64,000 bases of DNA from Octopus vulgaris (GCA_951406725.2 OX597831.1:77686001-77750000); one strand, 5' to 3'; counted from the stretch's first letter, positions 42,560 to 56,876 are shown. The notes: a model not told the origin generated them from the letters alone. Numbers and translations are program-made.

Positions 42560-42971
42560 TTTACTCTTTTACTTGTTTCAGTCATTTGACTGCGGCCATG
42601 CTGGAGCATCGCCTTTAGTCGAATAAACCAACTCCAGGACTTATCCTTTGTAAGCCTAGTACTTGTTCTATCGGTTTATTTGCCGAACCGCTAAGTTACG
42701 GGGACGTAAACACACCAGCATTGGTTGTCAAGCAATGTTGGGGGGACAAACACAGATACACAAACATATGCACACACATACAAATACATATATACATATA
42801 TATATATACGACGGGCTTCTTCAAGTTTCCGTCTAACAAATCCACTCACAAGGCTTTGGTCAGTCCGAAGTTATAGTGGAAGAAATTCGCCCAAGGTGCC
42901 AAGCAGTTAGACTGAACTCGGGAGCATATTGTTGGTAAGCAAGCTACTTACCACACAGCCACTCCTGCGCC
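42560..42971 (-). mobile_element. SINE family B, full length
   Basis: Aligns with 54072-54487. Confidence 0.85.
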
Positions 42972-43074
42972 TATATATATGCACACACACACACACATAC
43001 ACACACGCACAAACATACACACTCACACATATGCATATATGTATTTACACGTTTGTATATGAATGTATATATAC

Positions 43075-43133
<59 letters not shown>

Positions 43134-43176
43134 TCACTGCTTGAAAATACATACACACACACACACACACACACAC

Positions 43177-43225
<49 letters not shown>

Positions 43226-43561
43226 TGTTGTGTCTGGGGAGAATCATTCTCTTTTGGTGCCTAATAATTTAACACACTCACCCGTAAAATTTCCACTTAT
43301 TTATTTTTTATTTTTCTAAAATATTCGTTGCGTCTTGCAACTTTTTCAATAGTTTTAAAATATATTTCAACACACGAACTCACATAAAGAATCTTGGAAA
43401 CAAATTCCAAAAACGAAATATGCATATATAGTTATTAGTATATGGGAAAGTGGGGCAACGCTATAATCTAGCACAATCTTGTGATCCGATTCCTGTGGAT
43501 GTTTCTGAACTCATTTCGCTCTCTTATCTAGGAAACTTATAATATTTAATTAGTATAGATG

Positions 43562-43626
<65 letters not shown>

Positions 43627-43927
43627 ACACACACACACATACACACACACACACACAGTTTTGATGTTTCCATAAGTTCTTCCTAATAGTTGCCGCCTCT
43701 GGACAAATCTCAGCATGCTAGATGATTCAGCCATTGAGTCGAAGAATCGAGATGCATCTTTCTAATGGAAGCTACCCGGTGATTTGTTTCCGGAATCTCT
43801 CTGCTAGAAAGCATGGAATGGAATCACGGAGAGATCGATTGATGCCATCCACGGCACAGCGACCTTTACGAAAGTCTTAATTGGCACTGGGGCAATTAAG
43901 GAATCTTACTGCCTTCTATATCTATCC

Positions 43928-44043
<116 letters not shown>

Positions 44044-45480
44044 CCATAATGTACAGATGTGAATGTATGCGTAGATTTGTGCATATATGTATTTATGATG
44101 CATGTCTGTCTGTCTGTCTGTCTGTATGCATGTATGTATGTACGTATGGATGGATGGATGATGCCTATACGGCACGTGTTTTCTAATTCCTTACATTAAT
44201 TAATTGGTAGTCCTCATTAGCTTGGGGAGAATCAGTAATTATACTGTATTTATATTTTTGTTGTTGTTAACATCTTTGTTGTTTTTTCTGTTGTTGTGGC
44301 TTCCGTTATTTTTCTTCTTGTTTTTTTTTTTTTGTGAACACTTTCATGGAACGCGAACCTAATCCCTTCCTAATCACAGAGATCCTAAACGGGACCATAG
44401 CTTATCGACAGTTTTCATAGCATGCGGCGAATGAGAGATAACTCACCATCTGTACAGAACACTGATTTATTGCATCTTCCAGCTCTGACACCGTGGGAGA
44501 AATTATGTTCAGCGGTGAAAACTAAATTAATGTTATCATATTTAACGCAATCATCTACATCTTATGCCCATTAGAAATATTATGCGATGAGGAAAAGACA
44601 AGATTGCTCCATAACTATCTCCACGTTAAGTTGGCGATCAAGATTACTTTTTTGTATTAACACAGCTTCTGTAGCTATTAATCATCTTTTAATAAACCCA
44701 TTTGTCATTTGTGACTCGAGTGCCTGGATTGACACAGATTGCGCTGTTATCGCGCTCCTGGACATCTGTCACTGAGGAACCCATAGCAGGGTGAAATAAC
44801 GTGATTTAGCAGTTCCGACAATCTTACTAAACGACTGTCGTCTGCCAACGATATAATTTCGAGTGCTTTTATGCACCACGTGTCATGAGAGATTCTCCCA
44901 AGGTAAACAATGCAGTATTCTGTGTTTTAACACAACCTCTACTTTAAGCTGGAGATCAAGATTATTAATTTAAATATTTCACCAAGCAGTGAGCTGGCAG
45001 AATCGTTAGGGCACCTGAAAAGGAATGATTTGTGCTAATATTTCTTCTGGCTCTTGGCATCCTGAGTTCAAATCGCCCCGCGGCCACGTTCGCCTTTCAT
45101 ACTTTTGGGGTCGATAAAATAAAATACGAACTATTCTAAGAAGTGGATTTTGATGACATATCGACTAGAGTAACCACTCCCATCAAAGTTGCTGGCTTTC
45201 AGCTTGAATTAGAAACCGTTGTTTTACTAATTATAACTGCGAGTAAGGGAAATAACGGGGGACACATTTCGGTCCCAATATACCTTCGCAACTAAACAAG
45301 CTTTATCGTATTTCCTGAAATCATGATCAATAAATTAATACTTAGATGTACAACAATATTTACGAATGTACACGGTAAGATGTACATCCTACTACTACTA
45401 CTATCACCACCACCACCACCACCACCGACACCAAAACCACCACCACCCTAACCACCACCACCACCACCACCACCACCACC

Positions 45481-45547
<67 letters not shown>

Positions 45548-45575
45548 ATAATAATAATAATAATTATAATAATGC

Positions 45576-46123
45576 AGTACCAGGCAGTGGTTCTCATGGC
45601 TTCTGATCTCAACTGATTGGAAGTGTTATCATGTACATTGTTTTGTCTTGGTATAAAAGATGGGCTACAGCAAATATTCTGCTCAATACCACAGATTTGC
45701 TTGTCAGTTGTTTGACCTTAACCAGTTGACCATGTCCCTAATTGGCTGACGATATATGCATCTCTGATTACGAACAGAAGTAGTGGGGGAGCATCATAGC
45801 ATCCCATGTGTTGAGAGGGATCCTTTGTGGTTTGGATAATTCACCTCTGGAAACATGGGTGTTTCATTCAACATCCTTAAACAACCCTTATTCAGGGACC
45901 TTTTGAGCGGGATGAGCTACTCGACCTGCAGAAAATTCTAACTGGGCCCTATCTGCAAGGTCATGTGCTGTTTATCTTGATATGAGATCACCATGTCACG
46001 CACATATGGTTGTGATGCATGTGCCTAGTGTACCCTTATCAGACGTGTAGTCATGATGGGTATACTGGGCTTCGTATATTTTACCCCAGTGTCACTTTTA
46101 TGGCATGCACTGCTCTCTCACTC
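45576..46123 (+). mobile_element. ~545 bp (AAT)n-embedded repeat, second copy
   Basis: Collinear with 4317-4862; (AAT)n on both sides. Confidence 0.8.
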
Positions 46124-46165
46124 AAAAATAATAATGATAATAATAATAATAATAATAATAACAAC

Positions 46166-46206
<41 letters not shown>

Positions 46207-46240
46207 TAATAATAATAATAATAATAATAATAGTAGTAGT

Positions 46241-46273
<33 letters not shown>

Positions 46274-46511
46274 TGTAGTAGTAGTAATGATAATAATTTG
46301 TTCTAATTTTTAGCGCAAAGCCAGTAATTTTGAGATGGAAAAGTCGATTACATTGACCCCGTGCTCAACTGACACCTGTTTTATTAACCCTGAAAAAATG
46401 AAAGGCAAAGTCCGCCTCAGTGGAATTTGAACTCAGGACGTACAGATTGACGAAATGCGCTTAGCATTTTACCCAGCGTGCTAATGATTGTGCCAGTTCG
46501 CCGCCGCCGCC

Positions 46512-46559
<48 letters not shown>

Positions 46560-47654
46560 CTTTCAAATTTTGGCACACTGCCAGCAATTTTAGGGAGGGC
46601 CCGATTACATGGATCCCACTATTCAATTGGTACTTATTTTATCGATCCTGGAAGGGTGAACGGCGAAGCAGATCTAGGTGGAATTTGAACTCAAGCGAAA
46701 TGCCGCTAAGCATTTGGTCCGGTGTGGTAGCGATTCTGCCAGCTCGCTGCCTATTTAATAAGGATAATAACCAAGATAATCCTTTGTATTATGGACACAA
46801 GGCCGACAGAAGTTCTGGAGGAGAGGGCTCTAGTGCTTGTTTGGTATTAATTTCATCGACCCCCCAAATAACGAAGTGCAAATGTGACTGCGACTGAATT
46901 TGAACTCGAACAAATATAACGAACGCAAACACAGGAGTGGGTGTGTGATACGAGACTTGCTTAGCAACCAACCACATCGTTTCTGGGTTCGGTCCCACTG
47001 CGTGGCACCTCGGGCAAGTGTTTTCGACTATAGCCTCGGGCCGAACAAAGCCTTGTGAGTGGATTTGGTAAACGAAAACTGAAAGAACCCCGTCGTGTAT
47101 ATATATATATATATATATATGTACACACATATATATATATATATATACACGACGGGGTTCTTTCAGTTTTCGTCTACCAAATCCATATATATATATGTGT
47201 GTGTGTGTGTATGTATGTATATGTGTGTGAATGTGTGTTCATATGTCAGTATTTGACCACCCCCCACCATCGATAGAATTAGTACTAGGCTTACAAAGAA
47301 TAAGTCTTGGGGTCGATTTGTTCGACTGAAGGCGGTGCTCCAGCATGGCCGCAGTCAAATAATTGAAACAAAATAAAAGAAAGAATACAAAGGTAACGAA
47401 CACAATGCATTGTGGGTTTTCCTTTTGGCGTTTCTGGGGCAAAGATGACAAGGGTAGGCATAGGGGTAGATTTTACCGCCCGTCACTGTTGCATTTCTCT
47501 ACGAGCAGAGCTGTCGTAGAGAAAGCTTTATATGGCATAAGGTACCAAGGTAGTGGGTTTTGTTTGCGAAAGGGGTTGCAGGAGATTGACTGAGCAAAGC
47601 CCGAATGGAGTTTAACAGAAGTGAGGAACAACGGTGATTGAAGGGAAGGGAAAG

Positions 47655-48016
47655 TATGTTTGTGCGTGTGTGAACTTGAGTAGAGGGGTACCTAAGCAGT
47701 GGGGCTTACGGGGATGTGTGTGTGTGTGTGTGAACTTGAGTAGAGGTACCTGACGAGTGGTGCTTCGGGGGATGTGTGTGTGTGTTTGAGTGTGAACTTG
47801 AGTAGAGGTACCTGAGGAGTGGTGCTTAGTGGAATGTGTGTGTGTGTTTGAGTGTGAACTTGAGTAGCGGTACCTGAGGAGTGGTGCTTAGGGGAATGTG
47901 TGTGTGTGTTTGAGTGTGAACTTGAGTAGAGGTACCTGAGGAGTGGTGCTTAGGGGAATGTTTATATGTGTCTATGGATTTGAGTAGAGCTACATAAGTA
48001 GAGGTACTTAGGTGAT
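47655..48016. repeat. Minisatellite, about 6 units of 60-63 bp
   Basis: Unit gtgtgaacttgagtagaggtacctgaggagtggtgcttaggggaatgtgtgtgtgtgtttga. Confidence 0.9.
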
Positions 48017-48102
48017 ACGTTAGTGTGTGTGCATGTGTGTATACGTGTGTATGTGTTTGTGTGTGTGTGTGTTCGTGTGTGAGTGTATGCGTGTTTCTGT
48101 GC

Positions 48103-48140
<38 letters not shown>

Positions 48141-48488
48141 ACACGAACTGAGTTGGGTTGGATGATACAAATAACCGACAGCTAAAAACGCCATTTAATT
48201 TTCTTGCACTCTCACCTTCCTAAAAGTATAACATTTGTTTCCCTCGCATCGGAAGGATTTCCCAACCTCGCCTTGAGACTCCGACATTAGTTCCTCGACA
48301 GAGTTGTCATCGTAACCATTGGAGTCATTTCAAATTGTTTTTGTTGCTGCTGTGAAATCTTCTAAAGAACCGGCTTATCTTATCAGATTTATGATTAACT
48401 GAATTTCCTCAAATCTACTCTCTATATCGCTTTCCCTTCCAGCCCATAATCCCCCTTCCGCCGGTAAATCTCACTACTCTCTCACACC

Positions 48489-48578
<90 letters not shown>

Positions 48579-49074
48579 GTTTCTAGGCAATTAAACTAAA
48601 CCCCTCACTCATGTCTCCCAGCTTCTAACCCCACAAATCCCCTCCGTCTCTCGTTTCTCTCTTTCACCCACTTTATTTAATCCTCCCTCCCCTTACTAAT
48701 ACAACCTTCCTCTCCCCCGTGCCCTCACTCACTCTTTCTCTCTTCCCACGCGGTTTAAATGTGCATTCTTAGCATCAATTTTCATTCATTAAAATTTGTG
48801 AATGAATAAATTTCTGCGTGCCTGCACACGTTATGTGTGCGAGTGTGTGAATTACGTACGTACATACCTATGTATGTATGTATGTATGTATGTATGTATG
48901 TATGTATGTATGTATGTATGTATGTATGTATGTATGTGTCGGGATTTCTGTATGTGTGCTATACACTGTACATTTGTGTGTGTGTGTGTGCATGCATGTG
49001 AGTATGTATAAATATGTACTTATGTGGCAGTTTGTGAATGCGTGTGTAGAGTATGGAGTATACATACATTCCAG

Positions 49075-49132
<58 letters not shown>

Positions 49133-49401
49133 ATGTAATGCATGAGTGTATGTATGTGACGGCTTATGTAACTATATGTGTATGTACTACACACGTTACA
49201 CGCGTATATGTGTGTATGATGTACGTACGGTGTATGTATATGACGATTTATGCGAACGTGGGTGCGCGCAGTAAACCCGGTGTTTGCACGCAGGTGCATA
49301 TTCGTACATATGTGCGATGTATGTATGCATGCAAGGATGCATATATATATATATATATATATAATATATATATATGTATATATATATATGTATATATATA
49401 C

Positions 49402-49453
<52 letters not shown>

Positions 49454-49508
49454 TTATATATATGTATATATATATATGTATATATATGTATGTATATATA
49501 TATATATG

Positions 49509-49541
<33 letters not shown>

Positions 49542-49695
49542 ATTAGGTATTGGGTGTATGTAATAAAACCTTGTGTGCGTGTGTCTGCTGGCATAAGTGT
49601 GTATATGTGTGAGTGCACTACACACTCGTGTGGTGCAGGTTTACAGCTATGAATCTCGTAGTAGCATCTACAGTAGTAGCAGTAGTAGCAGCAGG

Positions 49696-49733
<38 letters not shown>

Positions 49734-50008
49734 TAGTAGTAGTAGCTGGAGGAATAGTAAGTGGTATTAGTGTGTATTGGAGGTCTAAAATGGTGCACTG
49801 TTTTCACTGCATGCTAGTTCAATCTACTTAATGCCTCCACTTACCGAATGCCCCGGAGACAGTAAACTAACCATGGGAGGGTGGCTGACAAATGGCATTT
49901 CTTTCTTAGGGTTTTTTCTCTCTCTCTTTAAAATATTATTAACTTAAAACAACTAAAAGTTTATTCAGTGTCTAGACAATAGGAGAAATACACACACACA
50001 CAAACAAA

Positions 50009-50039
<31 letters not shown>

Positions 50040-50083
50040 GGGGGGGGGGCTCGATGTATAGATATGTATGCTTCTGTATATAC

Positions 50084-50133
<50 letters not shown>

Positions 50134-50599
50134 ACACACACACACACACACACATACACACACATACACACATACACACACTCACTCACTCGCTCACTCA
50201 CTCACTCACTCACGCACGCACGAACGCACACTCTCACATACACACACATATGTATATATACAAATTATGTGAGTTTAGTTCACAGGTGATCTAAATGATT
50301 AGGTACACTAAGGTAAGTGCTGGAATGGATTACGAACTTCCCAAGATTATAGCCGGGACGGTTGTAATGGAGCCATTGCAGATTTCCAATATAGCGGATA
50401 TATAAAAGATTATAAATATATATATATATATATATATATACAAGGTACAGGAAACTTATATATACACACCATTCTGCTTAAATAATAGAACTGCAAATAC
50501 AATATCCTTACATATCTCAAGTCTATTTTCATTTCTGTACTTCACTTTGTATTTCATATCGTCTCTACAATAATTATTACTTACACATTTTCTCGCACC

Positions 50600-50647
50600 G
50601 TCTCTGATGAAGGGATATATAAATTATCCCGGAAACAGCTGTAAGGC
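50600..50647 (+). ncRNA. Type I hammerhead ribozyme motif
   Basis: gucu-CUGAUGA-A-GGGAUA uauaaau UAUCCC-G-GAAAC-AGCU-GUA-aggc; palindromic stem III ACAGCUGU. Confidence 0.75.
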
Positions 50648-50885
50648 CTCTTTATAAATATTCTGAAAACTATTCACAACCTTGATTTTATACTCATTCT
50701 ACTAAATATTATTATATTTATTATCATTATTATTATTGTTATTATTATCATTTGCCTTTCATCCTTTCGGGGTCGATAAATTAAGTACCAGTTACGCACT
50801 GAGGTCGATACAATCGACTTAATCCGTTTGTCTGTCCTTGTTTGTCCCCTCTGTGTTTAGCCCCCTGTGGGCAATAAAGAGATAA

Positions 50886-50968
<83 letters not shown>

Positions 50969-51162
50969 GAGAGAGAGGGGCGCAGGAATGGCTGTGTGGT
51001 AAGAAGCTTACTTCCCAACAACATTGTTCCGGGTTCAGTCCCACTGCGTGGCACCTTGGGCAAGTGTCTTCTACTATAGCCTCGGGCGACTAAAGCCTTG
51101 TGAGTGAATTTGGTTGACGGAAACTGAAAGAAGCCCGTCGTATATATATACATACATATATA

Positions 51163-51194
<32 letters not shown>

Positions 51195-51494
51195 ACGATT
51201 CTGCCTGCTCACCGCTTTACGGAGTTACATATTGGTTCCAAATTTAGGAAAGGTCAGCAAGTTCCACGGAGGGCTTGATCGATTATATAGGATCCCAATG
51301 TTCAACTGGTACTTATTTTATCAATATCGAACGAATGAAAGGTAAAGTTGGCCTCGGCGGAATTTCAACTTTACAGAGTTACATATATTGATATTTAAAT
51401 TAGTTTTCTGAAACAACAGAACCTGAATGAAGGTTTCAGCAAGGGGCCCGAGATGCTTCAATTCACATACAACTGAATAAAATTCATCAGCGTG

Positions 51495-51895
51495 TCTGCG
51501 TCGTAAGAAGCTTGCTTCCCAACCACACGGTCCCGGGTTCAGTTCCACTGCGTGGCATCTTAAGCAGGGGTCTTCTACTATACCCTTTGCCTGTGCAAAT
51601 CCTTGTGAGTGGATTCGGTAGACGGAAATTGAAAGAAGCCCGTCGTATACACACACACACACGCACACACGCACACACATATACGTGTGTGTATGTGTGT
51701 GTGTCTGTGTTTGTTCCCCCAACCATTGCATGACAACCGATGCTGGTGTGTTCACGTCCCTGTAACTTAGCGGTTCGGGAAAAGAGACCGATAGAATAAG
51801 TACAACACTTACAAAGAATAAGTCCTGGGGTCGATTTGCTCGACTAAATGCGGTGCTCCATTATGGCCGCAGTCAAATGACTGAAACAAGTAAAT
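51495..51895 (+). mobile_element. SINE family B
   Basis: Aligns to family B. Confidence 0.8.
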
Positions 51896-51943
51896 GACTA
51901 AATGACAAAATCACACACACGCAACAACACACACACACACACA

Positions 51944-52028
<85 letters not shown>

Positions 52029-52046
52029 ATATATATATATATATAT

Positions 52047-52081
<35 letters not shown>

Positions 52082-52157
52082 ATCGACTAAAGGCGTTGCT
52101 CCAGCATGGCCGCAGTCAAATGACTGAACACCTAAAAGAGTAAAGAGAGTAAGAAAG

Positions 52158-52191
<34 letters not shown>

Positions 52192-52193
52192 TA

Positions 52194-53075
52194 TTGGGTT
52201 ATCCGGAAAGTTCGTGCCGTTTTATAGTGGCTTACCTTTCGACTTATTTTAGAACTTGGTTGAGTCCATAAAATAGGATTTGACTACACCTCCATTTAGA
52301 GCACAGTTTAAGCTATCTTTTCGTGGAAGAAGGTTCATGTTCCTATAACCTGTGTTAATTCTGTAACCCTTTAAAATGGAAGATAAGAAAGTTCATTTTC
52401 GGCACTTGATGCTTTGGGAACCAGACAAAAATTGCTGCAGCACGGCTGGGATGTGTTATCCCACCCTCCATATTCACCAGATATTGCTCTTTCGGATTTC
52501 CACTTATTCAGGTCTCTGCAGAATAGTCTTAATGGTAAAAATGTCAATTCCTTGGATGACGTAAAAAGATACCTTGATGAATTCTTTGCCATGAAACCAC
52601 CTCAATTCTGGGAACACAGGTTATAGGAACATGAACCTTCTTCCACGAAAAGATAGCTTAAACTGTGCTTTAAATGGAGGTGTAGTCAAATCCTATTTTA
52701 TGGACTCAACCAAGTTCTAAAATAAGTCGAAAGGTAAGCCACTATAAAACGGCACGAACTTTCCGGATAACCCAATATATATGTATATTTTCAAGTTAAA
52801 GGAAAGAGGGAGACGCATTGTGCAACAAAATGGTTGATATTTGGTTGATTAAAAATGTAACGGCAATTATTTATTGACCTTTTTCTTTCCTTTAAAAATC
52901 TTTGCCATGAAACCACCTCAATTCTGGGAGGAGGGTATTTTCAAGTTAAAGGAAAGATGGAGACGCATTGTGCAACAGGATGGTTCATATTTGGTTGATT
53001 AAAAATGTAATGGCAAGTATTTATTGACCTTTTTCTTTCCTTTAAAAATCGGCACGAACTTTCCGGACAACCCAA
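52194..53075 (+). mobile_element. Internally deleted, rearranged mariner transposon
   Basis: TIR ttgggttatccggaaagttcgtgccg flanked by TA; N-terminus MEDKKVHFRHLMLWE joined to HPPYSPDIALSDFHLFRSLQN (YSPDLAPxD motif); C-terminus GIFKLKERWRRIVQQDGSYLVD. Confidence 0.92.
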
Positions 53076-53220
53076 TATATATATATATATAACGGGAAGC
53101 TTTATGAAAATAGACAAAAGACGAAGGCAGGTTTACGGAAATAAACAAAAGACGAAGGCAGGTGGAATACAAACAAACAATTGTATTAGTATGGCGCTCA
53201 GGAAATATAAATAAAACAAG

Positions 53221-53258
53221 TCTTTAACGTTTCGAGCCTACGCTCTTCAACAGAAAGA
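53221..53258 (-). ncRNA. Hammerhead-like motif, variant core CUGUUGA
   Basis: ucuuu-CUGUUGA-A-GAGC guag GCUC-GAAAC-GUU-aaaga; decayed extra copy at about 53437-53474. Confidence 0.6.
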
Positions 53259-53862
53259 TACACAGAGAAAAAACACAGAAAGAAGGAGACAAAAAATTTT
53301 TTTTCGTGCAGAAGCTAGCGAATCAACATGGCGATCTGATTTCGGCCAGAAGTCAAAGATCAAACATGAGACGCAAGAGCGAAATGAGGGGAGATAATAG
53401 GGTTGATAATAATATATATATATATATATGTAAAAGTCTTTTACGTCTCGAACCTACGCTCTTCGACAGAAAGGAATAAGAGAAAATAAGCAGAGAGAGA
53501 AAGATTTTCATTTTGCCCGAGCATGAAGCTGATACACTTGCTTGTTGTTCAGTCACCTGTCTTCGTCTTTTGTTTTTCTATAAATTTCGACTGTACATAT
53601 TATACGCTCACATGTTTACCCCAGTTTGATCTTGATTGTACTTCCTACTCCTTGGGCTTGTATTTCTGAACCACTTCCCGAAATTTCAGCACCTCTCCTC
53701 GTTCACATATCAATACTCCACCCGGATTACCACTGGATCTACTGACTCTAGTTTCACGGATTTCACTAGATTCTTTTGTTGATATATATATATGCATATA
53801 TATATATACGTACACACACACATATATACATACAAATATATATATATATATATGTGTGTATA

Positions 53863-53930
<68 letters not shown>

Positions 53931-54071
53931 CATATGTTTTCGTTTCTCATTGTGTTCGACGTTTTTTGGTGTCCTGTACCCATATATGCCTGTATATATA
54001 CATGTAGAGGTAGGTACGTACATATATGTATGTATATATGCATATGTTTTATTTATTAATTTGTTATATAT

Positions 54072-54486
54072 AGGCGCAGGAGTGGCTGTGTGGTAAGTAG
54101 CTTGCTAAACAACCACATGGTTCCGGGTTCAGTCACACTGCGTGGCATCTTCGGCAAGTGTCTTCTGCTATAGCCCCGGGCCGACCAATGCCTTGTGAGT
54201 GGATTTGGTAGACGGAAACTGAAAGAAGCCTGTCGTATATATGTATATATATATATGCATGTGTGTGTGTTTGTGTGTCTGTGTTTGTCCCCCTAGCATT
54301 GCTTGACAACCGATGCTGGTGTGTTTACGTCCCCGTCACTTAGCGGTTCGGCAAAAGAGACTGATAGAATAAGTACTGGGCTTACAAAGAATAAGTCCCG
54401 GGGTCGATTTGCTCGACTAAAGGTGGTGCTCCAGCATGGCCGCAGTCAAATGACTGAAACAAGTAAAAGAGTAAAAAGAGTAAAAA

Positions 54487-54487
<1 letters not shown>
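54072..54487 (+). mobile_element. SINE family B, full length, near consensus
   Basis: ggcgcaggagtggctgtgtggtaag head to aaaagagtaaaaagagt tail. Confidence 0.9.
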
Positions 54488-54537
<50 letters not shown>

Positions 54538-54567
54538 TATATATATATACATACATATATATATACA

Positions 54568-54647
<80 letters not shown>

Positions 54648-54774
54648 CAAAATAATTGAGATTCAATTGAATTAGGTACTTAAGTTGAGGTGCCAAAAAT
54701 TAGTGGGGGAATTATCCGTACAGTTTCAAATAAGGTGAATAAAATCAAAATAAGCAGCAGGATATCCAGAGGTG

Positions 54775-54862
54775 ATGCAGTATGATCGTTTCAAGCAACT
54801 CCATTTAATTGAACAGTGCAATCATTACATCAGTTTAAATGCAGAGCTATCCTCAGCTGCAT
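54775..54862 (-). ncRNA. Hammerhead-like motif in fold-back element 54748-55040
   Basis: augcag-CUGAGGA-U-AGC...GCUU-GAAAC-GAUC-AUA-cugcau; the opposite arm keeps GAAAC-GAUC-GUA. Confidence 0.6.
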
Positions 54863-55034
54863 AAATAAGTAAATAAACAGAATTTATTTGTATAATTTTA
54901 CCTAAATCCTCCTAGAGGGTAAGAAGACAGACAGGATAGCACTGCATTTAAATTGATATAATGATTGCATTGTTGAATTAAATGGAGTCGCTTGAAACGA
55001 TCGTATTGCATCACATCTGGATATCCTGATGCTT

Positions 55035-55114
<80 letters not shown>

Positions 55115-55159
55115 TGTATATATTAATAAATATATATATATATATACATACATATATAT

Positions 55160-56133
55160 ATAGTTGAAATTTTTAGAAAAACAAAAGACGAAGACATGTT
55201 TATAAACAACAAGCAGGTGTATTAGTTTGACGCTCGGGAAACTGAGAAAGTCTTCTACGTTTCGAGCCTACGCTCTTCAACAGAAAGGAACACGATGAAA
55301 TAAACAGAAATGGAATAAAAAAAACATGTGGATTTAGTGATCCATCATGGCGACTGGTTGGAAAAATATAGTTGGGCAGGGGATCTAGGAAGAAGGTGAG
55401 ATAATAAAGTACTGTTGATCCCAAAACGCAGGAGTGCGTGCGTGTGTGTATGTGAGGGTGTGTAAGTGTGTGCGTGTGGATAGGGGCAAGTGACTTTGAC
55501 GTAGGGGTGGGGCATGTGGGAGTAGGATATGGATGGAGAGGAATCAGTGAAGAGAGAAGGTGGGTAGGAATGAAGAAAGGAAATAGGTTTCAGATGAATA
55601 GATGGGGAGGGGAGTCAGATGAAGAGTGGAGGAGAATTGAACCCATGTGACGCAAAGGAGCGAACTTAGAAGATTAATTCCTATTCACGGCAAAGGCGGG
55701 AGTCCGGATGGCACCTGTGCAAAGACAGTCCGAACACAGACAAGTGTTGTAATGAATGACCGGTAGAGCCGAAATGGCGTGAGACCTAGGTGTTATTGCC
55801 GAGTCTAATGTCTCGGAGGTGCTCCGTGAACCGGTCAGCCAAGTGACGTCCCGTTTGACCGATGTACAGAGAAGGGCAGAAAGAGCAGGAGATGTAGTAA
55901 ATGACGTTTCTAGCAGTGCAGGTAAAGCAGTCAGTGATATGATAGGGACGATGATGGGTGTCTATGAGGATCGTGGTGTTGGAGAGGTAGGGGCATGTGC
56001 GGCAGCGTGAGAGCAGGGGAACGAGCCAAGTAAGGAGGTGGGGTTAGGGAAGAAACTGTGGACCAGGAGGTCACGTAGGTTGTGGGCCCGTTTGTAGGAG
56101 GGAAGGGGTAGGTTGCGGAAGATGTGTGAAGTG
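55160..56133 (-). mobile_element. Penelope-like element (Neptune-type) 3' end: Cys linker, GIY-YIG endonuclease pseudogene and terminal repeat
   Basis: Manual translation of 56133-55615: SYKRAHNLRDLLVHS..GSFPC/RCRTCPY..FTCTARNVIYYISCSFCPSLYIGQTGRHLADRFTEHLRDI..VSRHF..RE*ELIF..GFN; one frameshift and three stops. Confidence 0.9.
55251..55288 (-). ncRNA. Hammerhead-like motif (CUGUUGA) in the Neptune terminal repeat
   Basis: cuuu-CUGUUGA-A-GAGC guag GCUC-GAAAC-GUA-gaag, downstream of the GIY-YIG on the same strand. Confidence 0.65.
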
Positions 56134-56144
56134 ATATACATACA

Positions 56145-56217
56145 GCCGAAATAGCTTAGCTGGGAGAGAGTTAGACTGAAGATATAAAGGTCCCAAGTTC
56201 AATCCTGGGTTTCAGCA
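56145..56217 (+). pseudogene. tRNA-Phe(GAA) pseudogene
   Basis: 73 nt with 9 substitutions relative to the canonical metazoan tRNA-Phe as recalled (GCCGAAATAGCTCAG...GTTTCGGCA); mismatches in acceptor, D, anticodon and T stems. Confidence 0.88.
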
Positions 56218-56338
56218 CCCGGAGGCTACTACAAGATTTTTTATTTCAAGGCGGTGCTCCAGCATGACCACTGTCAAAAAAATGAAACAAATAAAAGAAT
56301 AAACGAATATGTATATATATAATGTTACGTGCTTGTGT

Positions 56339-56386
<48 letters not shown>

Positions 56387-56876
56387 ATATGTTTGTGTGA
56401 CTGTGTTTGTCCCCCCCTCCAACATCGCTTGAGAACCGATGGTCGTGTGTTTACGTCCCCGTAACTCAGCGGTTCAGCAAAAGTAACCGATACAATAAGT
56501 ACTAGGCTTACAAAAAATAAGTCCATGTGTCGATTTGCTCGACTAAAGGCGGTGCTCCAGCATGGCCACAGTCAATTGACTGAAACAAGTAAAAGAGTAA
56601 ATAAATAAATAAATAAATAAATAAAAGTACAGGGAATGATTTGTTCGACTAAAAATTCTTCAAGTCGGTGCCCCAGCATGGCCGGGCCGCAGTCTAATGA
56701 CTAAAGCAACAGGTAAAACATACACATGTGTGGGTATGTGCTGAATAAGGAAGGTAGTTGTAAGTAGGTAGGTGTGCGCGCGGCCGCTCAATAAGGAAGA
56801 TAGTTTAAACTAGGTCTGTGTGTGTGTGTGTATGCTTGGGTGACTGTTTAGTGTGTGTGTGTGTGTGGATACATAT

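Noticed and set aside
50286-50317. Short microexon between cacag and gtaagt
   Set aside because: Stops in all three frames and weak pyrimidine tract
56145-56217. Functional tRNA-Phe gene
   Set aside because: Uncompensated mismatches in four stems
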